Positions 20,065 through 29,284 of a stretch of DNA of 64,000 nt are shown piece after piece. The stretch lies in the NCBI GenBank assembly GCA_963749445.1, contig CAVVMJ010000005.1:98915-162914 (forward strand), given 5' to 3'. Within the stretch, counting starts at the first letter, position 1; every line of letters starts with the position of its first letter. A model generated the notes under the pieces. The model did no database searches, was not told where the DNA came from, and saw nothing but the letters and a program-made list of their open reading frames with translations. This stretch comes from an uncultured bacterium (GTDB lineage: Bacteria > Patescibacteriota > Doudnabacteria > UBA920). A program made the position numbers and the translations under genes.

Positions 20065-20661
20065 TTAAGCGCTTAATTTTTCTATCACTTCCACGTACAG
20101 ATGGTTTTCTTTTTCCTTGAGCCGCCTGTATAACGATTCCACGGTATCACCGGCTTGGATTTTTTCATACGTCCGGCCCAGCACCGGGCCAAAGTCAAAT
20201 TCCAAAGTTAAAAAATGGATGGAGGAACCGGCAAAAGTTGCTTTTTGGCTTAAAAAATTGGCAATAGCTTTGTCGGTGAGCATACCTTTGTTCCAAAGTC
20301 CGATGCTTCCGTCGGGGTTGAGTGTTGTTCCATCCTTCGCGTCCGGAATTAATCCGGGATGAAGATTTAAAATTTTATTCGGAAAAGCCAAAATTACTTC
20401 ATCAAGTATAAATTGTTTCCAACCTGCCAAACAAATGTAATCGGGATTAAGTTTTTTTAACAGCGGCAGCAGGTTTTCTTTTTTTGGGCAGATCTCAACG
20501 GCCAGATTATGTTTTTTGGCGCGTTCCAACCCCGGCGCAACAGCTTTGTCGGAAACCACGGCAACAATCTGCCCGTTAATTTTTCCGGCAGCAATTCCGT
20601 CTATAATTGCCTGCAGGTTGGTGCCGGTGCCGGCGTTGGAAATCAATACCGCAATATTCAT
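20065..20661 (-). CDS. purN: GAR transformylase
   Basis: MNIAVLISNAGTGTNLQAIID and ICLAGW...LNLHPGLIP. Confidence 0.85.
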   Translation of the reverse strand: MNIAVLISNAGTGTNLQAIIDGIAAGKINGQIVAVVSDKAVAPGLERAKKHNLAVEICPKKENLLPLLKKLNPDYICLAGWKQFILDEVILAFPNKILNLHPGLIPDAKDGTTLNPDGSIGLWNKGMLTDKAIANFLSQKATFAGSSIHFLTLEFDFGPVLGRTYEKIQAGDTVESLYRRLKEKENHLYVEVIEKLSA

Positions 20662-20765
20662 AAATTGATTTTTCTACTAAATACTAAAATAACTAAAATA
20701 TTAAACCTGTATTTCGTTATTTTTCGTATTTAGTACATTTAGTATATTTTAGTATTTAGTAGAGG

Positions 20766-22190
20766 TTAGAATAACGCGCCTTCCGGTTTTGTCTGCTGGT
20801 AGTTCGGTTCAACCACGTCTTTTTTTCGTTCGCAAATGTCTATGGGGTACTCGCCGGTAAAGCAGGAAGTGCAGAATAAGTCTTGGGGCAGCCCCGTGGA
20901 TTCTATTAATCCTTTTAAAGAAAGATAATATAAAGAAGTGGCGCCCAGGAATTTTTTAATTTCTTCCACGGATTTGGTGGCGGCTATGAGTTTTTTCTGC
21001 ACCGGCGTGTCGATGCCGTAAAAATCGGGAAATTTTACCGGCGGCGAGCTGACCAGAAAATGCACTTCGGAAGCCCCGGCCTCAAACAGCATCTTAACCA
21101 ATTGGCGCGAGGTGGTGCCTCGCACTATGGAATCATCCATCACCACAACTCTTTTGCCTTTTAAGACTTCAGGCAGGGGAGTAAGTTTTAGTTTTACGCC
21201 GAGGTCGCGGCTGTGCTGTTCGGGTTGAATGAACGTGCGGTGGATGTAGCGGTTTTTTACCAACGCCATTTCCATGGGGATGCCCGAGGCGCGGGAATAT
21301 CCGGAAGCCACGGGTACGGCGGTTTCCGGCACGGGCACGATTATATCGGCCTCTATCGGGCATTCTTCAAAAAGTTTCATTCCGCAGTTTTTGCGGACTT
21401 CGTAAACCGACTTGCCCAAAATGTTGCTGTCGGGCCGGGCAAAATAAACAAACTCAAAAATATCCACTTTGGTTTTACTCGGTTCTATTTGCGTTGATTG
21501 TAATCCATCCTTATCAATAATCACCATTTCCCCCGGGAGCACTTCGCGCAAATAATCAGCGCCGACTGTGTGGAAGGCGCAGGTTTCGGAAGCAATCACA
21601 TACCCCGATTTGTTGATGGTGCCTATAGCCAGCGGCCTTATGCCAAACGTGTCACGAACCGCTACTAAAGAATCCTTGGTTAAAATCGTCAAGGCAAAAG
21701 CTCCTGTGAACAGAGGGTAAGCCTTAATAACCGCTTCTTTGATGGATAATCCCTGTTCCAAATAGTAGGCTAAAGCTTTAGCCATAAGCGTGGAGTCGCT
21801 GCAATCGTCCGTCGCGATGTCTTTGCCTTCCAAAAAATCCTTTAGTTTTTTTACGGACGGCAAATTGCCGTTGTGCGCCAAGGCAATTAAATTATCGCCC
21901 GCCAAAATCGGCTGGGCGTGTTTAATATGCGAGCCCTCGGAAGTGGAGTAGCGGTTGTGCCCGATGGCAATGTGGCCTTTGAGGCTTGATATGGTTTCTT
22001 CGCTGTAAACATGAGTGACCAGCCCCATATTTTTGTAGCACTCAATATGGTTGCCGTCCGAGGTGGCAATGCCGGAGCTTTCCTGCCCGCGGTGCTGGAG
22101 CGCGAACAATCCGTAAAACGTCAACCTTGATACATCAAGATTCTTTCCGTAGATGCCAAAGACTCCACATTTTTCGTTAAGATTTTCCAT
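20766..22190 (-). CDS. purF: amidophosphoribosyltransferase (short N-terminal propeptide before Cys)
   Basis: KCGVFGIYG..., 474 aa. Confidence 0.9.
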   Translation of the reverse strand: MENLNEKCGVFGIYGKNLDVSRLTFYGLFALQHRGQESSGIATSDGNHIECYKNMGLVTHVYSEETISSLKGHIAIGHNRYSTSEGSHIKHAQPILAGDNLIALAHNGNLPSVKKLKDFLEGKDIATDDCSDSTLMAKALAYYLEQGLSIKEAVIKAYPLFTGAFALTILTKDSLVAVRDTFGIRPLAIGTINKSGYVIASETCAFHTVGADYLREVLPGEMVIIDKDGLQSTQIEPSKTKVDIFEFVYFARPDSNILGKSVYEVRKNCGMKLFEECPIEADIIVPVPETAVPVASGYSRASGIPMEMALVKNRYIHRTFIQPEQHSRDLGVKLKLTPLPEVLKGKRVVVMDDSIVRGTTSRQLVKMLFEAGASEVHFLVSSPPVKFPDFYGIDTPVQKKLIAATKSVEEIKKFLGATSLYYLSLKGLIESTGLPQDLFCTSCFTGEYPIDICERKKDVVEPNYQQTKPEGALF

Positions 22191-22554
22191 CTTGTAATTT
22201 TTTTTGTTTAACTTGTTCTCTTATCCAGCCTTCAGCCCACCGCAAATATTTTTCGTATTCGGTTTTGCGACTATAACGAGGCAGGTTTAGAGGGATATCC
22301 GCTCTAAAGTCTTGCGACCCTTCGTCCATTATTGAATCTTCTCCTTCCGGGGTTTCGTAGCTGATATGCGGATGGGGTTGCATGCGATAACCTACTTGCC
22401 AGCCTTCTCTCCAGCTTTCATCTTGTAAAGGATCCTTAGCGTACTCTTTGGGCATTTCCCAAGGTTCGTGACCGTTCAGCCCCGCAATAAAACCCTGATG
22501 ATAAATATCATCTAACTCAGCCTCTCTTCTCCCTAAGACTTCAAGTTCGGTCAT
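22177..22554 (-). CDS. hypothetical acidic Trp-rich protein occupying the slot between purQ and purF
   Basis: 125 aa. Overlaps the purF start by 14 nt. No PurS-like features. Confidence 0.4.
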   Translation of the reverse strand: MTELEVLGRREAELDDIYHQGFIAGLNGHEPWEMPKEYAKDPLQDESWREGWQVGYRMQPHPHISYETPEGEDSIMDEGSQDFRADIPLNLPRYSRKTEYEKYLRWAEGWIREQVKQKKLQDGKS

Positions 22555-22558
22555 TCGA

Positions 22559-23341
22559 TTATTTAAAATAGTTAACGGCGTTTTTAAAAATTTGCAAACC
22601 GGCGGCGTATTTGGGCAGGGGTTTACCGGCCCTTATCAGTTTCTCTTTTAAAAGTGGCCAGTTGGGGAGTTGGGTAAAGAACATGGCGCGCTCGGGATGG
22701 GGCATAGTGCCCAGGATTTTTCCGTTGGCTGATGTTAACATCGCAATGTCCAGGGTTGAGCCGTTGGGATTAGGCTTCAAGCTCTGATAGCCGCACATTT
22801 CTCCTTTATAGTATACCGCACCAATCATTTTTTGGCTTTTGATGAGTTTTAGCGTTTTATCATCTGCCACAAATTTGCCTTCGCCGTGGGCGATGGGCAG
22901 GGAGAGATGGCAGATTCCATTTAGCCATGGGCTAGTGTCAAGGGTCACCCTTGACACTACATCCACCCAGCGGTCGGTGTAGCGGTTGTTGTCGTTAAAG
23001 GTGAGCACGCCGGGCAACAGGCCAGCTTGGGTAAGGATTTGGAAACCGTTGCAAATTCCTATCACGAGTTTATCTTTGGCGGTAAATTCCAGTAATTGTT
23101 TTTTTAAATGGTTGTTTAATTTGTTGGCGTAAGCTTTGCCGCTGCCCAAATCATCGCCGTAAGCAAATCCTCCGGGAATGGCAAGAATTTGGTAACGCGA
23201 TAATTTTTTTGGCGAATCAATTAAGTCATTAATATGGACAATATCAGCCTCACCTCCCGCAATGTTAAAAGCTGCCGCGGTTTCTTCCTCGCAGTTTAAG
23301 CCGTAGCCGGATAAAATTATTGCTTTGGGAGAAGTTTTCAT
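22559..23341 (-). CDS. purQ: FGAM synthase glutamine amidotransferase subunit
   Basis: KAIILSGYGLNCEEETAAAF and ICNGFQIL...HGEG. Confidence 0.85.
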   Translation of the reverse strand: MKTSPKAIILSGYGLNCEEETAAAFNIAGGEADIVHINDLIDSPKKLSRYQILAIPGGFAYGDDLGSGKAYANKLNNHLKKQLLEFTAKDKLVIGICNGFQILTQAGLLPGVLTFNDNNRYTDRWVDVVSRVTLDTSPWLNGICHLSLPIAHGEGKFVADDKTLKLIKSQKMIGAVYYKGEMCGYQSLKPNPNGSTLDIAMLTSANGKILGTMPHPERAMFFTQLPNWPLLKEKLIRAGKPLPKYAAGLQIFKNAVNYFK

Positions 23342-23891
23342 GAAACTGTATTTACTAACTACTAATCCTTACTAATATACGAATGTGAATTTCTTGGAAT
23401 TAGTATATTAGTAATTAATTAGTAGTTAGTAAAGTTAGTAATCTTTAAACGTTGACCGGTACGCCCTTAATGCGTCCGCGATTTTTAAATTTACAATGAG
23501 TTTTTGATGTTTATCGGTGATTGTTAAAGTAGATTTGGTGGTGGTTTTGCCGATTTTTGCAAAAATATTTTTTCCGGCGGAGCCGGATCCCGCTCCGCGG
23601 GACATCAGGTTTTCAAAAATAGCGATGTTCTGCGACGCCACGCTGACCAAAATTCGCCCTTGGCTTTCGCTAAATAAAGCCTGATAATTTTCCTGCCAGG
23701 AGCCGGGTACATCGGCCAAGCTGATTTCTGCGCCAAGGCCGCCGCCCATAAGTTTTTTAGTTAGCGCTACAATCAGGCCGCCGCCGTTAACGCTTATGGC
23801 CGAGGCGATTAGGTTTTGTCGGTTGGCGTTGAATAAAGTTTTATATAATAAATAGTTTTTGGCGGCGTTGACTTTTGGAACTCCAACCACC

Positions 23892-23945
23892 CCGTCCGCC
23901 TTCGGCGTCCACCCCTCCTTAAAAAGGAGGGGAGACTGCATTCTG
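23892..23945. repeat. palindromic insertion element (family A: ACCACCCCGTCC...CCCCTCCTTAAAAAGGAGGGG) inside purL C-terminal region
   Basis: Encodes MQSPLLFKEGWTPKADGVV in frame. Confidence 0.65.
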
Positions 23946-24900
23946 AAGTATTCGCTCCCGCCCATTTCATCATCAGTCGTTCCCAATATATAGAGCGAAT
24001 CGCCCGGCAGTTTGGCGTCCAGCGAAACGGTTTTGGCCGCGTCCGGCACCACGCCGATGGCGGAAATCAAAAGCGTGGGCGGAATGGAAATTTTTAGCGG
24101 CTTTCCATCATCGGAAAATCCTTTAAAGTCGTTATACATACTGTCTTTGCCGGAAATAAACGGCGTGCCGTACGCGGTGGCGACGTCGTAGCAGGCGCGC
24201 GCCGCTTGTTTTAACTGCCATAAACGGCCGGGGTCTTCCGGACTGCACCAGCAAAAATTATCCAATAAAGCCAAATAATCAATGTCAGCTCCGGCGGCCA
24301 CGGCCGCGCGAACGGCCGAATCAATGGCAGAAGCGGCCATATTGTAGGGGTTAAGCTCGCTGTAAGACGGATGCAAGCCGTAAGAAAGCACCACGCCTTT
24401 TGGGGAAGTTAAAAGCGGGCGGGTAACCGTGGCCTGGGCGCTAATTTTGCCGCGGCCTTGCAGCGGTTTTAATACAGAGCCGCCTTGGACTTCGTGGTCG
24501 TATTGGGTGTTGATAAAATTGGTGGAGGCTAGGTTGGGGCGGGATAATAATTTAAAAATTAAAGATTGAAGATTGAAGGATTTGGGGATTGCCGATGATC
24601 TTGCATTTTGTGATTTGGGTTTTTGTGTTTTTTGATTTTTAATCGGTCGGCCGTTGTGTAAAAATTCCAAATCCATATCCAGCACAGTCTGTTTTTTGAA
24701 TTTAATCAGGCATCTGCCGCTATCGGTAAATTTACCGATGACCGTAGTCTCTACCCCTCTTTTTTTCATCAGCTGTTGTAATTTTGCCAAACGCTTTGGC
24801 GGCACGGCCAAAACCATTCGCTCCTGGGATTCGGAAATCCAAATTTGCCAGGGCGCGAGGCCGGGATATTTTAAGCGGAACTTTATCCAGAAAGACTTCG

Positions 24901-24951
24901 CAGCCGCCCCTCGACTTCGCTCGGGACGACCCTGTCGGGTCGTTTGCAGCT
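24901..24951. repeat. family B element (CCCCTCGACTTCGCTCGGG + CGACCCTGTCGGGTCG hairpin) inside purL middle segment
   Basis: Encodes NDPTGSSRAKSRGGC in frame. Confidence 0.65.
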
Positions 24952-26280
24952 TGGGCCATTTCGCCGACCGCTGATGATAATCCTCCGGCGCCACAGTCAG
25001 TTATTGAAGAATATAAATCTAAGTTCCGCGCTTCTTTAGCCAGTGCGTCGCTGAATTTTTTTTGCGTTATCGGGTCGCCAATCTGCACGGCCGTGGCCGG
25101 GCTGTTTTTGTCCAAGTCCTTCAGAAGCAAAAGTCGCGCCGTGGATGCCGTCGGCCCCGACTCTGCCGCCCACCATCACAATCAAATCCCCGGCTTTGGT
25201 TTGTTTAATGTGGCCGGATTTGCCGTTAATCAGCCGGGGAATTAATCCCACGGTGCCGGCAAACACCAAAGGTTTGCCGCGGAAGCGCGGGTCAAAATAT
25301 ACAAATCCGGAATTGGTGGGAATGCCGCTTTGGTTGCCGCCTGAGTTAATGCCGGAAATTACGCCGTCCATTATGCGGCGGGAGGAGAGCATCTTGTTGT
25401 CCGATGTAGCGGCATGCCTTGGCATGCCGTCATCATTAGGCACGCCACGGCGTGCCTCTACAGGGTTAGATCGATATAATTCTGTTTTATCGTTCGGGTC
25501 GGCAAAGCAAAAACCGTAAGTATTAATAATCGGTTTTGCCCCCAAACCAAACCCTAAACAGTCGCGGTTGACTCCCACAATTCCGGTAATGGCGCCGCCG
25601 AACGGGTCAAGCGCCGAAGGCGTGTTATGGGTCTCCACTTTGTGGGTGATTAAATAATCGCGGTCAAAAATTATTCCGCCAGCGTTGTCGGTAAATACGG
25701 AGACGCAGAAGTCGTTACGTTTTTTTTGTTGCCGGATGGTTTCCGTGGCCCCCTTAATGTAGGTTTTATAGATGCCTTTTTCCAGCTCGTCCATCGGGTC
25801 GGCAAAAATGGTGTGTTTGCAGTGTTCCGTCCAGGTTTGCGCCAAAGTTTCCAGTTCCACGTCCGTGGGCTTCCGGTTTAGTTTGTTAAAATATTCGCGG
25901 ATGACTTTTAATTCTTCCAGCCCCAACGCCAGCGGCCCGCGCCTTTTCGCAGAAACTGCGAGTGCAGCCGAAGCAGTCCCGTTATTTTTTGATGGGATTG
26001 CTTCGTCGGATGCACTCCTCGCAATTTCCGGTTTTTTTTGGCGTTCCTCTATCCCCAATTTCCCCAGCTTTATCAGCTCCTCATCCGCAATATTCAAATC
26101 CACCCTGCTGACTTTGGCCGAGGCGGCAAGCTTGACTTTGGGCGCGACCATATCCATGCCGCCGTCTTTTTTAAAATCATCAAAACTTTTTACTGCCGCG
26201 CGTTGGATGAGCGGGTTGTAAAGGCTATTGGCGATTTTTTGGATATCCGCGGCTTGCCCGCCGAAGCCTTGGCGTAGGCG

Positions 26281-26337
26281 GGGGCTTCCCCTCCTTTTTA
26301 AGGAGGGGTGTCCTGCGGAGCGGGACGGGGTGGTTGG
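26281..26337. repeat. family A element in opposite orientation inside purL N-terminal region
   Basis: Encodes TPTTPSRSAGHPSLKRRGSP in frame. ccccTCCTTTTTAAGGAgggg palindrome. Confidence 0.65.
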
Positions 26338-26757
26338 AGTATAAAAAGAAATAAAAAAGACCTGAGACGAATAAACATCCTGCCCCGGCTTGAATTTTAT
26401 TTTCGCCCCGTCTTGCAAAGTTTCTTTGGCCGTGCGGCCAATGTTGTCCGTGACCCCGGGCAGAAAACCGATTTCCACGGCAAAATTAAAATTCCGCGGC
26501 GCCTTTAAAGCGGTGTCCGCGGATTCTGCAAGAGGATTGGCCAACAGCGTTTTGGCTTTTTGGATTTGTTTTTGGTTTAGGCGCGCGTCAATCGTATAGC
26601 AGTCCGCCAGATACACCGCCCCCAGTTTGTTTTTTAGCCCCAGCGCCTCAAACTGCTTTTTTTTGACTTTGGCCCGGGCGTCGGGGATGGTGGACTTTAC
26701 GTAAATGCGATGCATTGAGAGATTTGAGATTTATGATTTTAGATTTCAGATTGGAAT

Positions 26758-26861
26758 AAGTTGATGGGCATCTTCGAGTTTGTGGCATAGTCGGCGGTTA
26801 AAGACGCCTCCATCAATAAAAACAACTAAACTGATAAAGTCGCTAGAAGATGCCCATCAAT
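26758..26861. mobile_element. MITE-like element, copy 1 (about 104 bp)
   Basis: Terminal inverted repeats AAGTTGATGGGCATCTTCGAG at 26758-26778 and CTAGAAGATGCCCATCAAT at 26843-26861. Sits directly upstream of the purL start. Confidence 0.5.
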
Positions 26862-27821
26862 CATCCGCAGTGGGCGAAAAACAAAAAAATCTTCCAAAGA
26901 CCGGGAAGAAAATGTGAGCAGGGAATTGGTTGTAAGTTGTGGCGGCTAGTGTGGTAATAAGGTAATAGTGGTAAGTACTTATGCCTTATAACCTAATCTC
27001 AAACAGGCTGCCATGACTTATACCTTTTAACTCTCTATTTGCGGTGTCTTCCACCTGCAGTTTAGCAATAAAAAACCGGGTTGTCAAAAAAAATAGATCC
27101 CCGGAGAAGGATCTTTCTGACTGAAGGTTTTTTGGGGGTTTTGAGGTCCATTTTGAGGTCCATGTCGTCTGGTATTAGGCGGGAAAAGATCCTCTCCGGG
27201 GTTGCTCGGCGGCTGTGTCACCATTGGGGGTGTCAGCCGCCTTGATGTATGGCGTTCATCCGGTCGGTCGTCAGCCGGCCGGGAAAAATTTAAAGGCCTC
27301 CTTTTGTTTGGCTCGCTCCTGGCAGCGAGCGTCGCGCGGAATACTGGCCGCGCCCTAGTTAGCCGGATCCAGGCTGTCCGGCCCTATCATCACCTCGGTC
27401 TTCTTACCTCCCGGGTTTGCCGGCGATTGCCGGAATGCGGTCGGCCTCTATGGATAACGGCCGAGCCGCGTTGCATCTTCCTGGCCACGCCGGGCCGGAA
27501 GGAGTTAGACAAATACTTTACTGATTGCATTAATCAAAATTATAAAGATGAGAAATGATTTAGTCAATTTTTATCGAATTTTGTAACAAATCGTCTGGGT
27601 GTGTTATAGTTAAAAAATCAGGTTTGCCTGAAAATTTACGGGAGGACAATTAAAGGATGATAAGGCTTTTACTTGAGCGGGTTGCTGACCCATTGCTTAA
27701 CGTTGGCGTTTGGGTTATCGACAACCCGTTTTTGGCGTATTTGGCGAGATTATTTTCACGCCGTTCTTAGCGCCATCATCAGAAGCACCAAAGAACGCCG
27801 GGTTGCACAGTAATCCGGCGT

Positions 27822-27858
27822 TTCAAAATTAATAGGACAAATAGGACAAATAGGACAG
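27822..27858. repeat. 9-bp tandem array AATAGGACA x3 (+GATAAGGCA)
   Basis: aataggacaaataggacaaataggacagataaggca. Confidence 0.55.
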
Positions 27859-27998
27859 ATAAGGCAAAATAAAAACGCTTTTTAGGCGGGAATAAAATTT
27901 AGAAAAAGGGGACCGGAAGGGAGTCCCGCGAGAAGCTGAGTCTTAACTGTACTCGAAACTTCTGCAAAAGAGTCCCTTCCGATCGGCGCTGCCGAGCT

Positions 27999-28472
27999 TC
28001 AACCTGTGGCGTTGCCGGTGCGTGTCCCCGCAAGGATGTCGCCCAAGTAGACGACCTCCGGCGGGGGCGCTGCGGTTGCAGCGCTATTGTTCGCCGTCAA
28101 CGCGCCAGTCCAGCTAATGGCCGCGGCCGCACCTCCGGCGGTTACAACGTTGAGAGCGGCCTGCGTGTAGGTAATTGCGGCGGCCGTTGCAGACGAGGTA
28201 GCATTGGCCGTCAAGTTGCGATTGTCCACGCTATTGACCAGGTCGCCGGTCAAGGAAGCGTTGAGAGTCACCGCCGCGACCAGTTGGGCCGGAGGCGATG
28301 GAGTTTCCATCACGTTGAGCACTATGCCAGAGTCGAATCCCGCTTGTTCGGTGATGAGCGGGAACAACTGTTGCGTAGTCAGCGAAGCTGCGGGAGGAGA
28401 AACGTTTGCCATGGCGAACCCCGCGAACAGGGTCAGTACGGCTAACGCCATGATCCATGTACGGAAATTCAT
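27999..28472 (-). CDS. secreted Ala/Thr-rich hypothetical protein (start at MNFRTWIMALAVLTLFAGFAMA; RBS aggaga)
   Basis: Track ORF 27999..28577. The internal Met carries a signal peptide and an RBS. Confidence 0.45.
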   Translation of the reverse strand: MNFRTWIMALAVLTLFAGFAMANVSPPAASLTTQQLFPLITEQAGFDSGIVLNVMETPSPPAQLVAAVTLNASLTGDLVNSVDNRNLTANATSSATAAAITYTQAALNVVTAGGAAAAISWTGALTANNSAATAAPPPEVVYLGDILAGTRTGNATG

Positions 28473-29225
28473 CAGTTCTCCTTGTGATTGTGATCCCTTC
28501 CCTGGAAGGGCTGCGTTACCTATGACAGTCGTCATTACGGGGAAAGAGTCCCGTCGATCTGCTGTACCAGGATACATGATAGGCCCGAAATTTATCTACG
28601 GAAATTTGAGTAGCTAAACTTGGGGCTTATCACGGTATGATATTTGTAAACTTGTCTTAATAATAACTTTTTAAAAAAGTTTGTCAAATAAAAAGGCCGG
28701 GAAACGTGGCCTGCGCTTGGAGGTAACATGTCGTTGGAAAGACAGCGCAAACCCCGTTTCCCGGGTGGAGTAGGAGTTATCTGGCGATGAAGAATGTGCC
28801 AGTATAAAAACAATATGAATCCTCCGATTCAAGTTACAGGAGCCCCGCGGCCCCGGTGATGCATTACTGCGTTGGCTTCGGGAATCCGAAGCCGCGGGGT
28901 CCCAAGCCTTGTTGCCTACGGAGCGTTGTTGGTGGTGGCGACCGTTCGCTTCATCTGATTGTTGTTCCGAGCATCGTTGGGCGCCGTGACGGCGCCGGTG
29001 GTCTTGGTATTCATGTTGTTTATCCTCTTCAATCGAGATGCCTGGCAATATGCCAAGTCTAAGTAAATAATACATCAACAAAAAGGGATTTGTCAAATTA
29101 TGCTTATTATAAAGCGAGAAATAAAATGAAAAACATCAATCAAATATAGCCTAAGATAAGGGGGAATTTAAAATGGGCAAACATATTAAAAATTAGCTTA
29201 CAAACAAGGCAAAAGTTTATCGGTT

Positions 29226-29266
29226 AAATAGGACAGATAGGACAGATACGACTGATAAGACCGATA
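29226..29266. repeat. 9-bp tandem array ATAGGACAG x2 + ATACGACTG + ATAAGACCG
   Basis: Same unit family as the array at 27822-27858. Lies 20 nt upstream of the thpR-like start. Confidence 0.5.
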
Positions 29267-29284
29267 AAATGTTATAATTCGGCT

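Larger units (their letters stand above)
23435..26715 (-). pseudogene. purL: FGAM synthase II (purL) split over three reading frames by two single-base insertions, plus three in-frame palindromic-element insertions
   Basis: The N-terminal frame runs MHRIYVKS...GATFASEGL. The middle frame (track ORF 24732..25130) carries SPATAVQIGDPITQKKF...DCGAGGLSSAVGEMA...LDKVPLK. The C-terminal frame continues PGLAPWQIWISESQERMVLAV... Frame changes are near 25112-25125 (ctt-g-gac) and 24849-24852 (A4 run). The leading 50 residues of track ORF 23435..24994 are out-of-frame read-through. Confidence 0.7.

Noticed and set aside
24540-24650. AT-rich GATTGAAGATTGAAGG stretch in purL as another insertion element
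   Set aside because: Corresponds in length and position to the naturally variable linker of PurL (after DLEFLHNGRP), with no inverted-repeat structure
24732-25130. Independent 132-aa gene between the purL halves
   Set aside because: It is the middle, frame-shifted segment of purL itself (contains DCGAGGLSS)
27202-27558. 118-aa ORF in the purL upstream gap
   Set aside because: Arg/Gly/Ser-rich translation of GC-rich hairpins. No RBS. More likely structured RNA.
26716-27998. tmRNA, RNase P RNA, SRP RNA or tRNA in the long gap
   Set aside because: Could not find GGTTCGA(A/T)TCC T-arm, RNase P P4 (AGGAAAGTCCGG) or SRP domain IV (AGGTCCGGAAGGAAGCAGC) cores. Only a weak GGGCCGGAAGGAG resemblance.
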